This document shows, in pieces, positions 1 to 9,553 of a DNA stretch of 64,000 bases. Every line of letters starts with the position of its first letter. Positions within the stretch are counted from its first letter, which is position 1. This DNA comes from an uncultured Clostridia bacterium (GTDB lineage: Bacteria; Bacillota; Clostridia; TANB77; CAG-508), in NCBI GenBank assembly GCA_944386175.1, contig CALXAB010000001.1, positions 47,645 through 111,644 of the forward strand. Reading direction: 5' to 3'. The notes under the pieces are model-generated. The model was not told where the DNA came from, did not search any database, and saw only the letters and a program-made list of their open reading frames with translations. Both the position numbers and the translations under genes were made by a program.

Positions 1-111
1 AATTCCAAAGATTGTTTCTATTATGTATCCAAAGAAACTATAAATAATAAAATAGAAAAATATTTTCCATATGCTGTTTCCTAATATTGTTTTTTCTTTT
101 TTAGTTTCCAT
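1..111 (-). CDS. membrane protein, N-terminal part only (gene runs off the left edge)
   Basis: ATG at 111-109 preceded by GAGGGGAA. Translation METKKEKTILGNSIWKIFFYFIIYSFFGYIIETIFGI is a hydrophobic helix. Absent from the ORF track because the window edge truncates it. Confidence 0.4.
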   Translation of the reverse strand, partial: METKKEKTILGNSIWKIFFYFIIYSFFGYIIETIFGI

Positions 112-265
112 ATTCCCCTCATTTCTTTTTTAGATTATATTATATTTAAAATGTAATGACAAGATATTATTATTAAATATTTTATAAAAAATTATTTTGC
201 GAAAAACTTTATTTACATAATATCATATTATATATAAAGGTTGATTGAAAGGAGGAATGTATTCT

Positions 266-843
266 TGGACTTAAAAGGAAAAAAAATAGGATTTGTACTT
301 ACTGGCTCGTTTTGCACATTTCAAAAAGTAATACCTAAAATGAAAGAATTAAAAAAATTAGAAGCGGAAATAATTCCAATTATGTCCTATAACAGTTATA
401 CTTTAGACACAAAATTTGGTAAAGCTAAAGATTTTATACAAGAAATCGAAAATATTAGTGAAAATGAAATAATTCATACAATACAAGGAGCTGAACCAAT
501 TGGTCCTAAAAAAATGACTGACATAATGATTATTGCTCCATGTTCTGGAAATACTATGGCAAAATTGGCTTGTGATATAATAGATACTCCAGCGGTAATG
601 GCTGCTAAGTCTCATTTAAGAAATGAAAGACCATTAGTAATTGCACCTTCTACTAATAATGGTCTAAGTGGAAATGCTGAAAATATAGGTAAATTATTAA
701 ATAGAAGAAATTATTATTTTGTGCCTTTCAGGCAAGATAACCCAATTACTAAACCTAGGTCTATAGTTTTTGATTCAGAATATATAATTAGAACTATAGA
801 GAGTGCTTTAAATGGAGAACAAATTAGTCCTATATTATTATAA
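266..843 (+). CDS. dpaB: dipicolinate synthase subunit B (flavoprotein family)
   Basis: ORF 241-843. AGGAGG at 251-256 favours the TTG start at 266. GKKIGFVLTGSFCT, IAPCSGNTMAKLA and FVPFRQDNP are collinear with Bacillus SpoVFB as I recall it. Confidence 0.85.
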
Positions 844-892
844 AATCTGTGCCAATTTTACGAAAATCAAAATTGTGTGCAATGGATTTTCT

Positions 893-926
893 CTATTAGG
901 AAAAGTCAGCATGACTTTCCTAATAG
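893..926. terminator. bidirectional hairpin terminator between convergent dpaB and the muramidase gene
   Basis: CTATTAGGAAAAGTCA-GCA-TGACTTTCCTAATAG, a ~15-bp stem sitting between two convergent stop codons. Confidence 0.6.
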
Positions 927-941
927 ATATCAAATCATTTA

Positions 942-2198
942 TTAAATTTGTAATAACTGTCCTGGATAGATTATATTAGGATTTTGAATCCCATTTATTC
1001 TAACCAAATAATTTACTGAAACTCCATATCTCCTTGCTATTGATGTTAAGGTATCTCCTCTTTTTACTACATATGTACTACTAATATTTTGTATAGGATT
1101 TAAATCCTGTATATTACTTTCTGTTATTCTAAGTTTTTGACCTGGATAAATTAAATTTGGGTTTTGTATGTTGTTTAATTCTACAATATGATTTACTGTT
1201 ACATTGTATGATTGTGCAATTCCTGACAATGTATTACCTCTTTGTACTGTATAAATTATATCGCCTGTACCTCTTGTTTCTTCTCCTCTAACTGTTGAAT
1301 TAGTTAATATTCTGATGGTTTGACCTGGAAAAATTAAATTTGGATTTTGTATATTGTTTATATTAGCAACCTCTTGGACAGTTGTTCCATATTTTCTTGC
1401 TATTTCCCATAATGTTTCTCCTCTTTTTATTGTATAATTTATAGTTTTAGTATTTGTTATTTCCTTTGGATTTTCTATTACAGGTATTTCTGAAACTTCA
1501 TCTAAAAATATTTCTTCTGAATATTTATCCATATCTACAAATCCATTTATTCCGCGTACTCTACCTCTATCTGAATATTGAATTCCTAAAAATTTTTCCC
1601 AGTTTGTTTGAATATTTTCTAGCTCTCTATAATCTCCATAATATGCAAGCCATAATCCATAATTTTCTGATAATTCTCTTCCAAATAAATTTTGTGCATT
1701 ACTTAGATCACTATACAAAATAACTTCTTTATTTGTTAGTCTTTTTGTAGTTTCTAAAAATACCTCTGCAATTTGGTTTATTTCTTCCACTCCTACTCCA
1801 CCAAATACTTCATAGTCTAATACTAATTTACAATCTGGAGCTTTATTAGCTATTACAGAAACAAAAAACCTCGCTTCTTCTATAGCTTGTTCTGTATTTG
1901 TCGCAGTTAAAAAATGATAAAATCCTACTTTTAGTCCATTAGCTTTTGCATTTTCATAGTTTATATCAAAATATGCATCTTTTATATTTGAACCTTGGCT
2001 TGCTTTTATATATACAACATCTACACCATCACTTTTTACTCCTTCATAATCTATGTATCCTTGCCAGTTACTAACATCAATTCCTTGATATTCTAAAGTT
2101 GATATTGGAGTTATTGCATATACAAAATTAGTATTCATGAATAATATGACTGTAATAATTACTAGAAAATTTAAAATAATACTTATTTTTTTCCTCAT
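942..2198 (-). CDS. secreted GH25 muramidase with three C-terminal LysM repeats
   Basis: N-terminal signal/anchor helix. [31 protein letters not shown] is a GH25 signature. Three repeats of the [41 protein letters not shown] type (LysM). Confidence 0.85.
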   Translation of the reverse strand: MRKKISIILNFLVIITVILFMNTNFVYAITPISTLEYQGIDVSNWQGYIDYEGVKSDGVDVVYIKASQGSNIKDAYFDINYENAKANGLKVGFYHFLTATNTEQAIEEARFFVSVIANKAPDCKLVLDYEVFGGVGVEEINQIAEVFLETTKRLTNKEVILYSDLSNAQNLFGRELSENYGLWLAYYGDYRELENIQTNWEKFLGIQYSDRGRVRGINGFVDMDKYSEEIFLDEVSEIPVIENPKEITNTKTINYTIKRGETLWEIARKYGTTVQEVANINNIQNPNLIFPGQTIRILTNSTVRGEETRGTGDIIYTVQRGNTLSGIAQSYNVTVNHIVELNNIQNPNLIYPGQKLRITESNIQDLNPIQNISSTYVVKRGDTLTSIARRYGVSVNYLVRINGIQNPNIIYPGQLLQI

Positions 2199-2365
2199 AA
2201 AAAACCTCCATTACACATATTTAATTTATTATATGTAATAAAGGTTTTAGTGTTAATTTGCTGTATTAGTATTTGTAATATTTCATCAAATAAATCAATA
2301 CTATTTTTAGTTAAATTAATAGTTCTTTTTTTACTCATTTTATAATAATATTTAATGGTGATATT

Positions 2366-3877
2366 TTGAGAAAAGCTAAAGTTTTATTAATAAATGGATC
2401 AATACTTACAATATCAGCGCTTTTTATGCGTTTTGTTGGATTAGGTTTTAATGTTTATTTATCTAATAAATTAGGTGCTGAAACAATTGGAATTTTTACA
2501 TTAATTATGTCTGTTTATTTATTTTTCGTAACTATTGCTACTTCTGGCATTAGCATGGCTACTACTTGTATTGTGTCAGAAGAATTAGAAAAAAATAATA
2601 AACAAACAGCTTTTCAAAGTCTAAGAACTTCAATGAGTTTAAGCCTAACACTAGGTATAATCTCAGGTATTTTAATAATGCTTTTTTCCGATTTTATTAT
2701 TTCAGTTTGTTTAAATAATTTAGTTAGTAAAAAAATACTTTTCTATATAGCTATTGGGCTTCCTTTTATTGCTATGTCATCTTGCATTAATGGATATTTT
2801 TCTGCTATTAGAAAAGCTTATAAAACAGCTTTTGTGCAAAGTTTTGAACTTGTTTTTAAAATTATTGTAACAATAATTTTATTACCAAAATCTATTTCAA
2901 AAGGTGTTGAAGATATTTGTATTTCTTTAATTTTAGCTGATGTTATTGCTGAGATTGCTTCTTTTACTGTTATATATATTTGCTATTTATATGAAAAAAA
3001 TCGCTATTTTTCTTTTAGAAGTAGCTATGGCAATTTTAGAAGAATTGCTAAACTGTCTGTACCTGTTGCTTTGACTTCATATATACGTTCTGCTTTATCT
3101 ACAATAAAACAATTAATAATACCTACAAGACTTGAAAAATCTGGTCTTTCTTCTTCAATGTCTTTTGCTAGCTATGGAATTATCCAAGGTATGGTAATGC
3201 CTATTTTAGTTTTTCCTAATATATTTATAACTTCATTTAGTAATTTACTTATACCTGAATTTTCTAGATTTCATGCTACTAGCTCTAATAATAGATTGTC
3301 CATTATATGTGATAAAATATTTAAATTAACTTCTGTTTTTTCTATATGCGTATCTTTCATCTTCCTATTATTTGCAAATGAACTAAGTTTAGCAATATAT
3401 CAGAATTTAGAAAGTGCTACATGGATTAGGTTTTTATCACCTTTAGTATTTTTTATGTATATGGATACTGTAATAGACGGCGTTTTAAAAGGTATGCAAA
3501 AACAAGTTTTTGTTATGTTTGGAAATATTACAGATTTAATTGTTACTATTATTTTATTATACTTCTTACTACCTGTATTAGGCATTTGGGGATTCATCGT
3601 GTCTATCATAGTTAGTGAATTGTTGAATTTTACTATAAGTTTTATACAATTATGGAAACTTATAAAATTTAAAATAGATTTTAAAAATTATCTTTTAAAA
3701 CCTATTTTTGCTGGATTATTTAGTTACTTTATATTACATATATTTTCTTTAGTAAATACTAATTCTACTTTTACACTAATTATTACTATCGCATTTTTTT
3801 GTTGTTTTTATTTTATTGCATATATCTTACAAAATTTAAAGGATTTACCAATTTGGGGACGCGTCCAAAATTGGTAA
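2366..3877 (+). CDS. spoVB: stage V sporulation protein B (MOP/MurJ-type flippase family)
   Basis: 503-aa polytopic membrane protein. The N-terminus LINGSILTISALFMRFVGLGFNVYLSNKLGAE is typical of SpoVB. Lies next to spoIIIA. Confidence 0.75.
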   Translation: MRKAKVLLINGSILTISALFMRFVGLGFNVYLSNKLGAETIGIFTLIMSVYLFFVTIATSGISMATTCIVSEELEKNNKQTAFQSLRTSMSLSLTLGIISGILIMLFSDFIISVCLNNLVSKKILFYIAIGLPFIAMSSCINGYFSAIRKAYKTAFVQSFELVFKIIVTIILLPKSISKGVEDICISLILADVIAEIASFTVIYICYLYEKNRYFSFRSSYGNFRRIAKLSVPVALTSYIRSALSTIKQLIIPTRLEKSGLSSSMSFASYGIIQGMVMPILVFPNIFITSFSNLLIPEFSRFHATSSNNRLSIICDKIFKLTSVFSICVSFIFLLFANELSLAIYQNLESATWIRFLSPLVFFMYMDTVIDGVLKGMQKQVFVMFGNITDLIVTIILLYFLLPVLGIWGFIVSIIVSELLNFTISFIQLWKLIKFKIDFKNYLLKPIFAGLFSYFILHIFSLVNTNSTFTLIITIAFFCCFYFIAYILQNLKDLPIWGRVQNW

Positions 3878-4579
3878 TTATTTAGTAGCTATATGTATAT
3901 TTTCAATTGCTGCCTTCATTTCTCTTGAAATAATATTTTGAATTTGTGCAACTTCTTCTTGTTTTAATTCTTCTGCTTCAATTATTACACTTATACTATC
4001 TCCATTTACAAATACAATGTTATTTGAAAATCCCTTTGTTGTTATTAAATTTTCACAAATCATTATACTATTTTTAGTTTCATTTATTTTTGTTATTTCT
4101 TGTGTAGCTGTTTGTTTCTGAGTTTCTAATGAATTACTACTATTTAATACATTTTCATATGTTTCTATCATTTGTGAATACATTGTGTCTCTTTCTAATT
4201 TTGATTTTACAAAATAGTCATTATCATTATTATTTTGTTGAGTAGTACTTGTATTTATAGTTGTTTCATTTGTAGTTGAATTAGTATTTCCATCTGTATT
4301 TATAGTATTTTGATTCAATTGTGTGTTTTCTGTTAGAGCTGTTTCATTCGTACTATTTGATATTGTGTTTGTTTCTTCTTTTGATACTACATCATTACTA
4401 CTTACTAATTGTGCATCTCCTATATCCGCTAACTGTGTATCATCATTTGATTCCATTTGCATACTTGTTTCTAAATCTGTATTTTTTGTGTTTGTTGTAT
4501 AATTTAAATATCCTGCTGTAACTAACATTAAAGCTATAATATAAATAATAACTTGATTCTTTTTTAATATTTTTTTCAT
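3878..4579 (-). CDS. spoIIIAH: stage III sporulation protein AH
   Basis: Last gene of the 8-gene operon. AAGGAG RBS before the MKKILKKN start. Single N-terminal TM, Asn/Thr-rich linker, conserved C-terminal domain. Confidence 0.75.
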   Translation of the reverse strand: MKKILKKNQVIIYIIALMLVTAGYLNYTTNTKNTDLETSMQMESNDDTQLADIGDAQLVSSNDVVSKEETNTISNSTNETALTENTQLNQNTINTDGNTNSTTNETTINTSTTQQNNNDNDYFVKSKLERDTMYSQMIETYENVLNSSNSLETQKQTATQEITKINETKNSIMICENLITTKGFSNNIVFVNGDSISVIIEAEELKQEEVAQIQNIISREMKAAIENIHIATK

Positions 4580-4684
4580 AGGCTTTCTCCTTAAAATATA
4601 TTTTTTGTTCACTTACATATATAGAATTTGTTCATAAAATTTTTTTTTCTTAAATGAATTCTTATTTTTATTTTGTTTTTAATA

Positions 4685-5323
4685 TTAATTCATTTCAAAA
4701 ACTTGAATTTTATGTGTGGCAAGTCCTGTTACTGCTTCAACAGCCTGGATAATGCTTGTTTTTACTGTTGCGTCATTTGCTCCTTTTGCAGTAACTATTG
4801 CACCTTCAACTTTTGGCTGGACTATTTTTTGGGTTATGGGTGTTTTTTCTCCATTTTCTTCTTGATATATTACTTCTTTTTGTGAATCTGTTTCTTGAAT
4901 TTTCCTTGTCCCCCCTGATGTATCACTTTCTTCTGTGTTACTTACTTTTGAATTTTCATTATACATCGGTACTATTTCGTTTGATTCAGAATAATTTATA
5001 AAAACTTGTACATCTCCTACCCCTTTTATTTTTGTAAGTATTTGTTCTAGGCTTTCTTTTAGATTGCTATTAGTAGTGTTCTGTATATTATCATTCATGT
5101 TTATAGTATTATTAGTGTTATTTGATGCTAATTGTTTTGTAGATGTATTGTTAGTATTTTTACTGGTGTTTTTATTTCCATTCCATATTATATTTATTGC
5201 TACAATTGTTATTATAAGTATTATTAAAAATACAACTAAATTTTCAATTTTTCTTTTATTATTTCCTTCTTTTCCTTCCCCTTCTTCTTTGTTAAAGACG
5301 TTTTTTAATTTATCTCTAAACAT
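4685..5323 (-). CDS. spoIIIAG: stage III sporulation protein AG
   Basis: Position and size match. The C-terminus VEGAIVTAKGANDATVKTSIIQAVEAVTGLATHKIQVFEM is typical of SpoIIIAG. Confidence 0.8.
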   Translation of the reverse strand: MFRDKLKNVFNKEEGEGKEGNNKRKIENLVVFLIILIITIVAINIIWNGNKNTSKNTNNTSTKQLASNNTNNTINMNDNIQNTTNSNLKESLEQILTKIKGVGDVQVFINYSESNEIVPMYNENSKVSNTEESDTSGGTRKIQETDSQKEVIYQEENGEKTPITQKIVQPKVEGAIVTAKGANDATVKTSIIQAVEAVTGLATHKIQVFEMN

Positions 5324-5955
5324 TTTTCACTCACCCCATATTCTTCTATTAAAAATTTTTTTATATTTTGAATATCTGCATTGGTAATTTTTATTGTATT
5401 TTCACTATTATTCGTTGTTTCATTATTATTTGTACTTTTACCATTATTTTCTGTTTTAGTTTCTATTGGTTTTATTTTTTGGACTTCTACAACTATTTTA
5501 TCTTCTATTGTATTATCTTGTTCTTTTTCGTTTTTCTGATTGTTTTCTCCTTTTTTTACATTTAATTTGATTTTTGTTATTTTTGTTTCTTCTTCTTCAT
5601 TTCCTATTTTAGCTTCTACATCACATTCTGTTACATCATATCCTTTTTCTTGCATTTTATTTTTTATATCTTTTTCTAATTCTTCTGAATATAATTGTAT
5701 TATTCTTTTATCCATAGAAGTTTGATCTACAGGTGTTGCTTGTGTTGTTTTATAATTTTCTAAATCTATATTTCCTATGTCCAATATTTCCTTATTCTTT
5801 ATGAATGGTGATATTATACTAAATAATATATATATTCCCATTATCATTCTTATATATTTTTTTGTTTTATTATTTGGTAACAACATTTCTAAAATAGACA
5901 CTATAACTATGGCTACTCCTAAACTTTTTGCCCATGAACTTAAAAATTCTACCAT
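5305..5955 (-). CDS. spoIIIAF: stage III sporulation protein AF
   Basis: Position and size match. N-terminus with two TM helices (WAKSLGVAIVIVSILEMLLPNNKTKKYIRMIMGIYIL). Confidence 0.75.
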   Translation of the reverse strand: MVEFLSSWAKSLGVAIVIVSILEMLLPNNKTKKYIRMIMGIYILFSIISPFIKNKEILDIGNIDLENYKTTQATPVDQTSMDKRIIQLYSEELEKDIKNKMQEKGYDVTECDVEAKIGNEEEETKITKIKLNVKKGENNQKNEKEQDNTIEDKIVVEVQKIKPIETKTENNGKSTNNNETTNNSENTIKITNADIQNIKKFLIEEYGVSEKCLEIN

Positions 5956-5964
5956 TTTCTCTCC

Positions 5965-7137
5965 TTATCTATACATCATCCCTGTATTTGATATTTTTAA
6001 TACTAAGGCTGTTCCAATTATTAACAATACAGAAAGTGAGCATAATATTGCAAGAAAGATTTTAAATATATCTCCTATTTGTTCTAGTAAATCAACTATC
6101 TTGCTATCCGCTATTGGTTCTGTTACGGCCGACAGAATTTTGTATGCTATAGTAAGGATTGTAAGTTTTAATATTGGTATTATACATATCCCAACTACAA
6201 TAATTACTCCTACAAATCCAACTGCATTTTTTAATATTATTCCACATCCTAAAACTGTATCCACTGCGTCTCCTAATATTTTTCCTACTACAGGTATTGC
6301 TGAACTTACTACTGCTTTTGTAGTCTTAGCCGTTATTCCATCAACACTACTTGATAGAGTTCCCTCTAATGAAACCATTGCTACAAATACTGTTAATATA
6401 ATTCCTAGAAACCACACTATTCCTGATTTTAAAAATTTTGCAATTTTTCCTATTTGTACTTTATCAGATATTTTTGAAATTATTACTAAACTTACAACAA
6501 CTAGAACTAATGGTATTAAGATTGTTTGTATTATATTTCCTATAAAGTTTATTAGAAATAATGTTATTGGTTCTAATATTGTAGTTGTAGCTATACTTCC
6601 TGTATATATCATTAAAGTCATTAATAGTGGGACTAAAATATTCATAAATCCTACTAAATTATTGCTTGTATCTTGTACAATTTTTACTATGTCAGAAAAA
6701 TTGGACATTATTATTGTTATTATTAATATGTATTGAACATAATATATTATTTTTGATATATTATCATTTTCTAAGCCATCACTTATGGATTTTAATATAC
6801 TATGTATAATTATAATTGCTAATATTCCAGCTATTGCACCTAGTGCTGATGTGAATTCTTTTCCTAATAAATTTAATATTTTATTTATAATTGTATTGTT
6901 ATTTATCTCTCCTTTTAATGCATCTTGTAAAATTTTATTTATATCAATATCTTCAAAAAAATCTCCTGTGTATTGTTTTGACTCTTGTATAAAATTATTA
7001 ATTCCAAATTCTTCTTGTTGCTCTGTTAATGTCTGATTTTGATTATCAATTTCATTTGTATTTTCATTTGCATATATTTTTTGCATTGGAAAATTTATTA
7101 GTATTATAGTTATAAATAAACAAACTATTTTTCTCAT
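5965..7137 (-). CDS. spoIIIAE: stage III sporulation protein AE
   Basis: 390-aa polytopic membrane protein with a signal peptide, at the fifth position of the operon. Confidence 0.8.
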   Translation of the reverse strand: MRKIVCLFITIILINFPMQKIYANENTNEIDNQNQTLTEQQEEFGINNFIQESKQYTGDFFEDIDINKILQDALKGEINNNTIINKILNLLGKEFTSALGAIAGILAIIIIHSILKSISDGLENDNISKIIYYVQYILIITIIMSNFSDIVKIVQDTSNNLVGFMNILVPLLMTLMIYTGSIATTTILEPITLFLINFIGNIIQTILIPLVLVVVSLVIISKISDKVQIGKIAKFLKSGIVWFLGIILTVFVAMVSLEGTLSSSVDGITAKTTKAVVSSAIPVVGKILGDAVDTVLGCGIILKNAVGFVGVIIVVGICIIPILKLTILTIAYKILSAVTEPIADSKIVDLLEQIGDIFKIFLAILCSLSVLLIIGTALVLKISNTGMMYR

Positions 7138-7149
7138 TAGTAGCTCCTT

Positions 7150-7536
7150 TTATGGTAATATTTTTAATACTATTTCTAACAATGCTGATATTATTGGAAT
7201 AGACATAGCTATAATTATTATTTTGCTTCCTATTTCTACTTTACTTGCAATTGCTGCTTCTCCTGCATCTCTACAAATACTTACTGCAAATTCTGCTAAA
7301 AATGCTATTCCTGTAATTTTTAATAGTAATGCAAGAAATTCTGTATTTATTGACGCCTTATTTGCTATAGAATTTAATAATTGTACTATGTCTGCTAGTT
7401 TGTCTGCAATTAATAAGATAATTACTATTCCTGTTAATATACTTACATATATAGCAAATTCTGGTCTATATTGTTTTAAAATTATAATTATTATTAGAGC
7501 AATCAGAGCAATACCAATAATTTTTATAATATCCAT
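7150..7536 (-). CDS. spoIIIAD: stage III sporulation protein AD
   Basis: 128-aa hydrophobic protein. AAAGGAG RBS before MDIIKIIG. Confidence 0.8.
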   Translation of the reverse strand: MDIIKIIGIALIALIIIIILKQYRPEFAIYVSILTGIVIILLIADKLADIVQLLNSIANKASINTEFLALLLKITGIAFLAEFAVSICRDAGEAAIASKVEIGSKIIIIAMSIPIISALLEIVLKILP

Positions 7537-7604
7537 TTTGCTTGCTCCTTTCATATACTGCTTTTATCTCGTATAAGAAGAATCAAAGATTGTTATTACA
7601 TTTA

Positions 7605-7799
7605 TTATAGATTAAATATTGTCCTTACTGTATCAAATAATCCACTTATTTCTTTTATTACCATTGTTAATACTATTACTAATCCAGCTAAAGTCGTCAT
7701 CATTGCTTGGTCTTCTCTTCCCGCTCTTACTAAGACTTGGTGTAATACTGCTACTAGTATTCCTATTGCCGCTATTTTGAATAATAAATTTATATCCAT
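7605..7799 (-). CDS. spoIIIAC: stage III sporulation protein AC
   Basis: 64-aa protein with two TM helices, at the third position of the operon. Confidence 0.8.
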   Translation of the reverse strand: MDINLLFKIAAIGILVAVLHQVLVRAGREDQAMMTTLAGLVIVLTMVIKEISGLFDTVRTIFNL

Positions 7800-7970
7800 A
7801 AACTTCTCTCCTTTGTAGGTTCTTTGTGAATTTTACTTATCATATTGACTATTTTCTTTTTGATTTTCTTTATTTTTGTTTTATATATTCTTTGATTTTT
7901 TATATTTTTGATTTACTAAATTTACATTAAAATTATTACTATTACTAAACCAATTGTTGTGCCTAATCTA

Positions 7971-8444
7971 CTATATAATTTTTCGTTTTTTACTTTTTCT
8001 TCTCCGTGCTTCTTTTATTTGACTCTCTAAGAAATTTTGTGTTATTTCTATTTGACTAACTTGTCCTTCTACATCTGTTTGTCCTAGTAATTTAGATAAG
8101 CTTTTTAATATGTTTATATCTTCTTTTTTTAAGTTTGTTTTATTTTCTTCAAGTATTTCATCTAATGTTTCTTCCCACGCAATAGTAGCTGTTAGAGTAT
8201 TCATTTTTTCTTTTGCTTTTGAAAAAATAAGACCTATATTTTTTCTTGTATTTTGTGATATTTCTTCAAATATTTCTGGTATTGGCTCATATGTAAATTT
8301 TATTTTGCTTTTGAATATGTTTAATGAATTTTGTATTTCTTCTAACTCTTCTAATCTATATACATATTTTTTTGATAAAAACTTTCCTATTAATGCTGAT
8401 ATTATAAATACTAAAAATAACATAAATATTTTTATCATTTCCAT
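7971..8444 (-). CDS. spoIIIAB: stage III sporulation protein AB
   Basis: ORF 7971-8501. The internal start MEMIKIF sits behind an AAAGGA RBS and is favoured. N-terminal TM plus a helical domain. The start is uncertain. Confidence 0.7.
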   Translation of the reverse strand: MEMIKIFMLFLVFIISALIGKFLSKKYVYRLEELEEIQNSLNIFKSKIKFTYEPIPEIFEEISQNTRKNIGLIFSKAKEKMNTLTATIAWEETLDEILEENKTNLKKEDINILKSLSKLLGQTDVEGQVSQIEITQNFLESQIKEARRRKSKKRKII

Positions 8445-8534
8445 TTTTATCTCATTCCTTTCTGATGTATACTCTTTACTGGTTGTCCTTTTATATTTCA
8501 TATATATTATATTCAGTTAATATTCTTATAGAAC

Positions 8535-9404
8535 CTATAAAAATATTATTTTTTCTATTTGCTTATTTTCTATTAATTTATATATTTCTTTATTATTTTT
8601 AACATCTTCTATATTTCGTCCATGCATTGTAAAAATTCCTTTTATTCCAGCTGTTGTTGCTTCTTGTATTGCTTCTATATCTTCTTTTGAGCCTATTTCA
8701 TCACATGCTATTATCTCTGGTGCCATTGTTCTTATCAAAATTTTCATTCCTTTATATTTAGATACATTTTCTATTACATCTGTCCTCATTCCTACATCAT
8801 TTTGTGGTATTCCTTTATACATTGCTGCAATTTCTCCTCTTTCGTCTACAACTCCACATGTTTTACCTTTAAAATTCAGATTTTCCATTCCATTGCTTAG
8901 TCTTCTTATTGTATCCCTTAATATTGTGGTTTTTCCTTTTCCTGGTGGTGATACTATTAATGTTGTAAAAATTGTATGATTTTCTATATCTAGTATTTCT
9001 TTTATAATTTTATTACTACAATTTAGTATTTGTCTTGCTATTCTAAAATTTAGACTTGTTATATATTTTAAATTTATTATTTTCCCATTTTCTTCTACTG
9101 CTGTTCCTGTAATTCCTACTCTATGTCCACCTTTTACAGTTATAAAACCTTCACATATTTGATTTTTGTATGCATATATGGAATTTTCACATATTTTTTC
9201 TAAAGTTTGAAGTATTTCTCTTTGATCTACTATATGATTTATTACAACATCTTCATATCTTAATTTTAAAATTATTGGTTTTTGTACTCTTATTCGTATT
9301 TCCTCTATGTTTTCTCTTATTATTTTATTGTCTTCAAATATATTTTTTAATATATTGTATATATCTATTGGGAAATACCTTATTACTTCATATATTCCAC
9401 TCAT
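8535..9404 (-). CDS. spoIIIAA: stage III sporulation protein AA (ATPase)
   Basis: Walker A SPPGKGKTT and CDEIG Walker B-like motif. First gene of the operon. Confidence 0.85.
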   Translation of the reverse strand: MSGIYEVIRYFPIDIYNILKNIFEDNKIIRENIEEIRIRVQKPIILKLRYEDVVINHIVDQREILQTLEKICENSIYAYKNQICEGFITVKGGHRVGITGTAVEENGKIINLKYITSLNFRIARQILNCSNKIIKEILDIENHTIFTTLIVSPPGKGKTTILRDTIRRLSNGMENLNFKGKTCGVVDERGEIAAMYKGIPQNDVGMRTDVIENVSKYKGMKILIRTMAPEIIACDEIGSKEDIEAIQEATTAGIKGIFTMHGRNIEDVKNNKEIYKLIENKQIEKIIFL

Positions 9405-9493
9405 TTTTTCTCCTATTTTTTATTTATTTTATGTTTTTTTATATAACAATTTATTTATATGATATAAATTATATTTCATCACATTTAACACAA

Positions 9494-9533
9494 AAAAACA
9501 TATAATATTATTTTTCATAATATTATATGTTTT
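9494..9533 (-). terminator. rho-independent terminator of the 604-aa protein gene
   Basis: On the minus strand: AAAACATATAATATTAT-GAAAA-ATAATATTATATGTTTT followed by TTT. Confidence 0.7.
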
Positions 9534-9553
9534 AGATTTTATTTTTAGAACTA

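Noticed and set aside
5777-6736. 319-aa plus-strand ORF, together with many other 60-250-aa ORFs antisense to annotated genes (e.g. 40992-41726, 34568-34993, 62308-62706, 7223-7576)
   Set aside because: They lie entirely antisense to genes with clear homology (spoIIIAE, LSR, hisS, bceB-like). Their products are low-complexity Ile/Leu/Phe/Ser strings typical of the reverse strand in AT-rich DNA. They lack RBS motifs.
9405-9493. Sigma-E-type sporulation promoter for spoIIIA
   Set aside because: One is expected here from Bacillus biology, and GAAATATAAT...CATATAAAT is loosely reminiscent of such a promoter. The match to the -35/-10 consensus and spacing is too weak in this AT-rich region to call from sequence alone.
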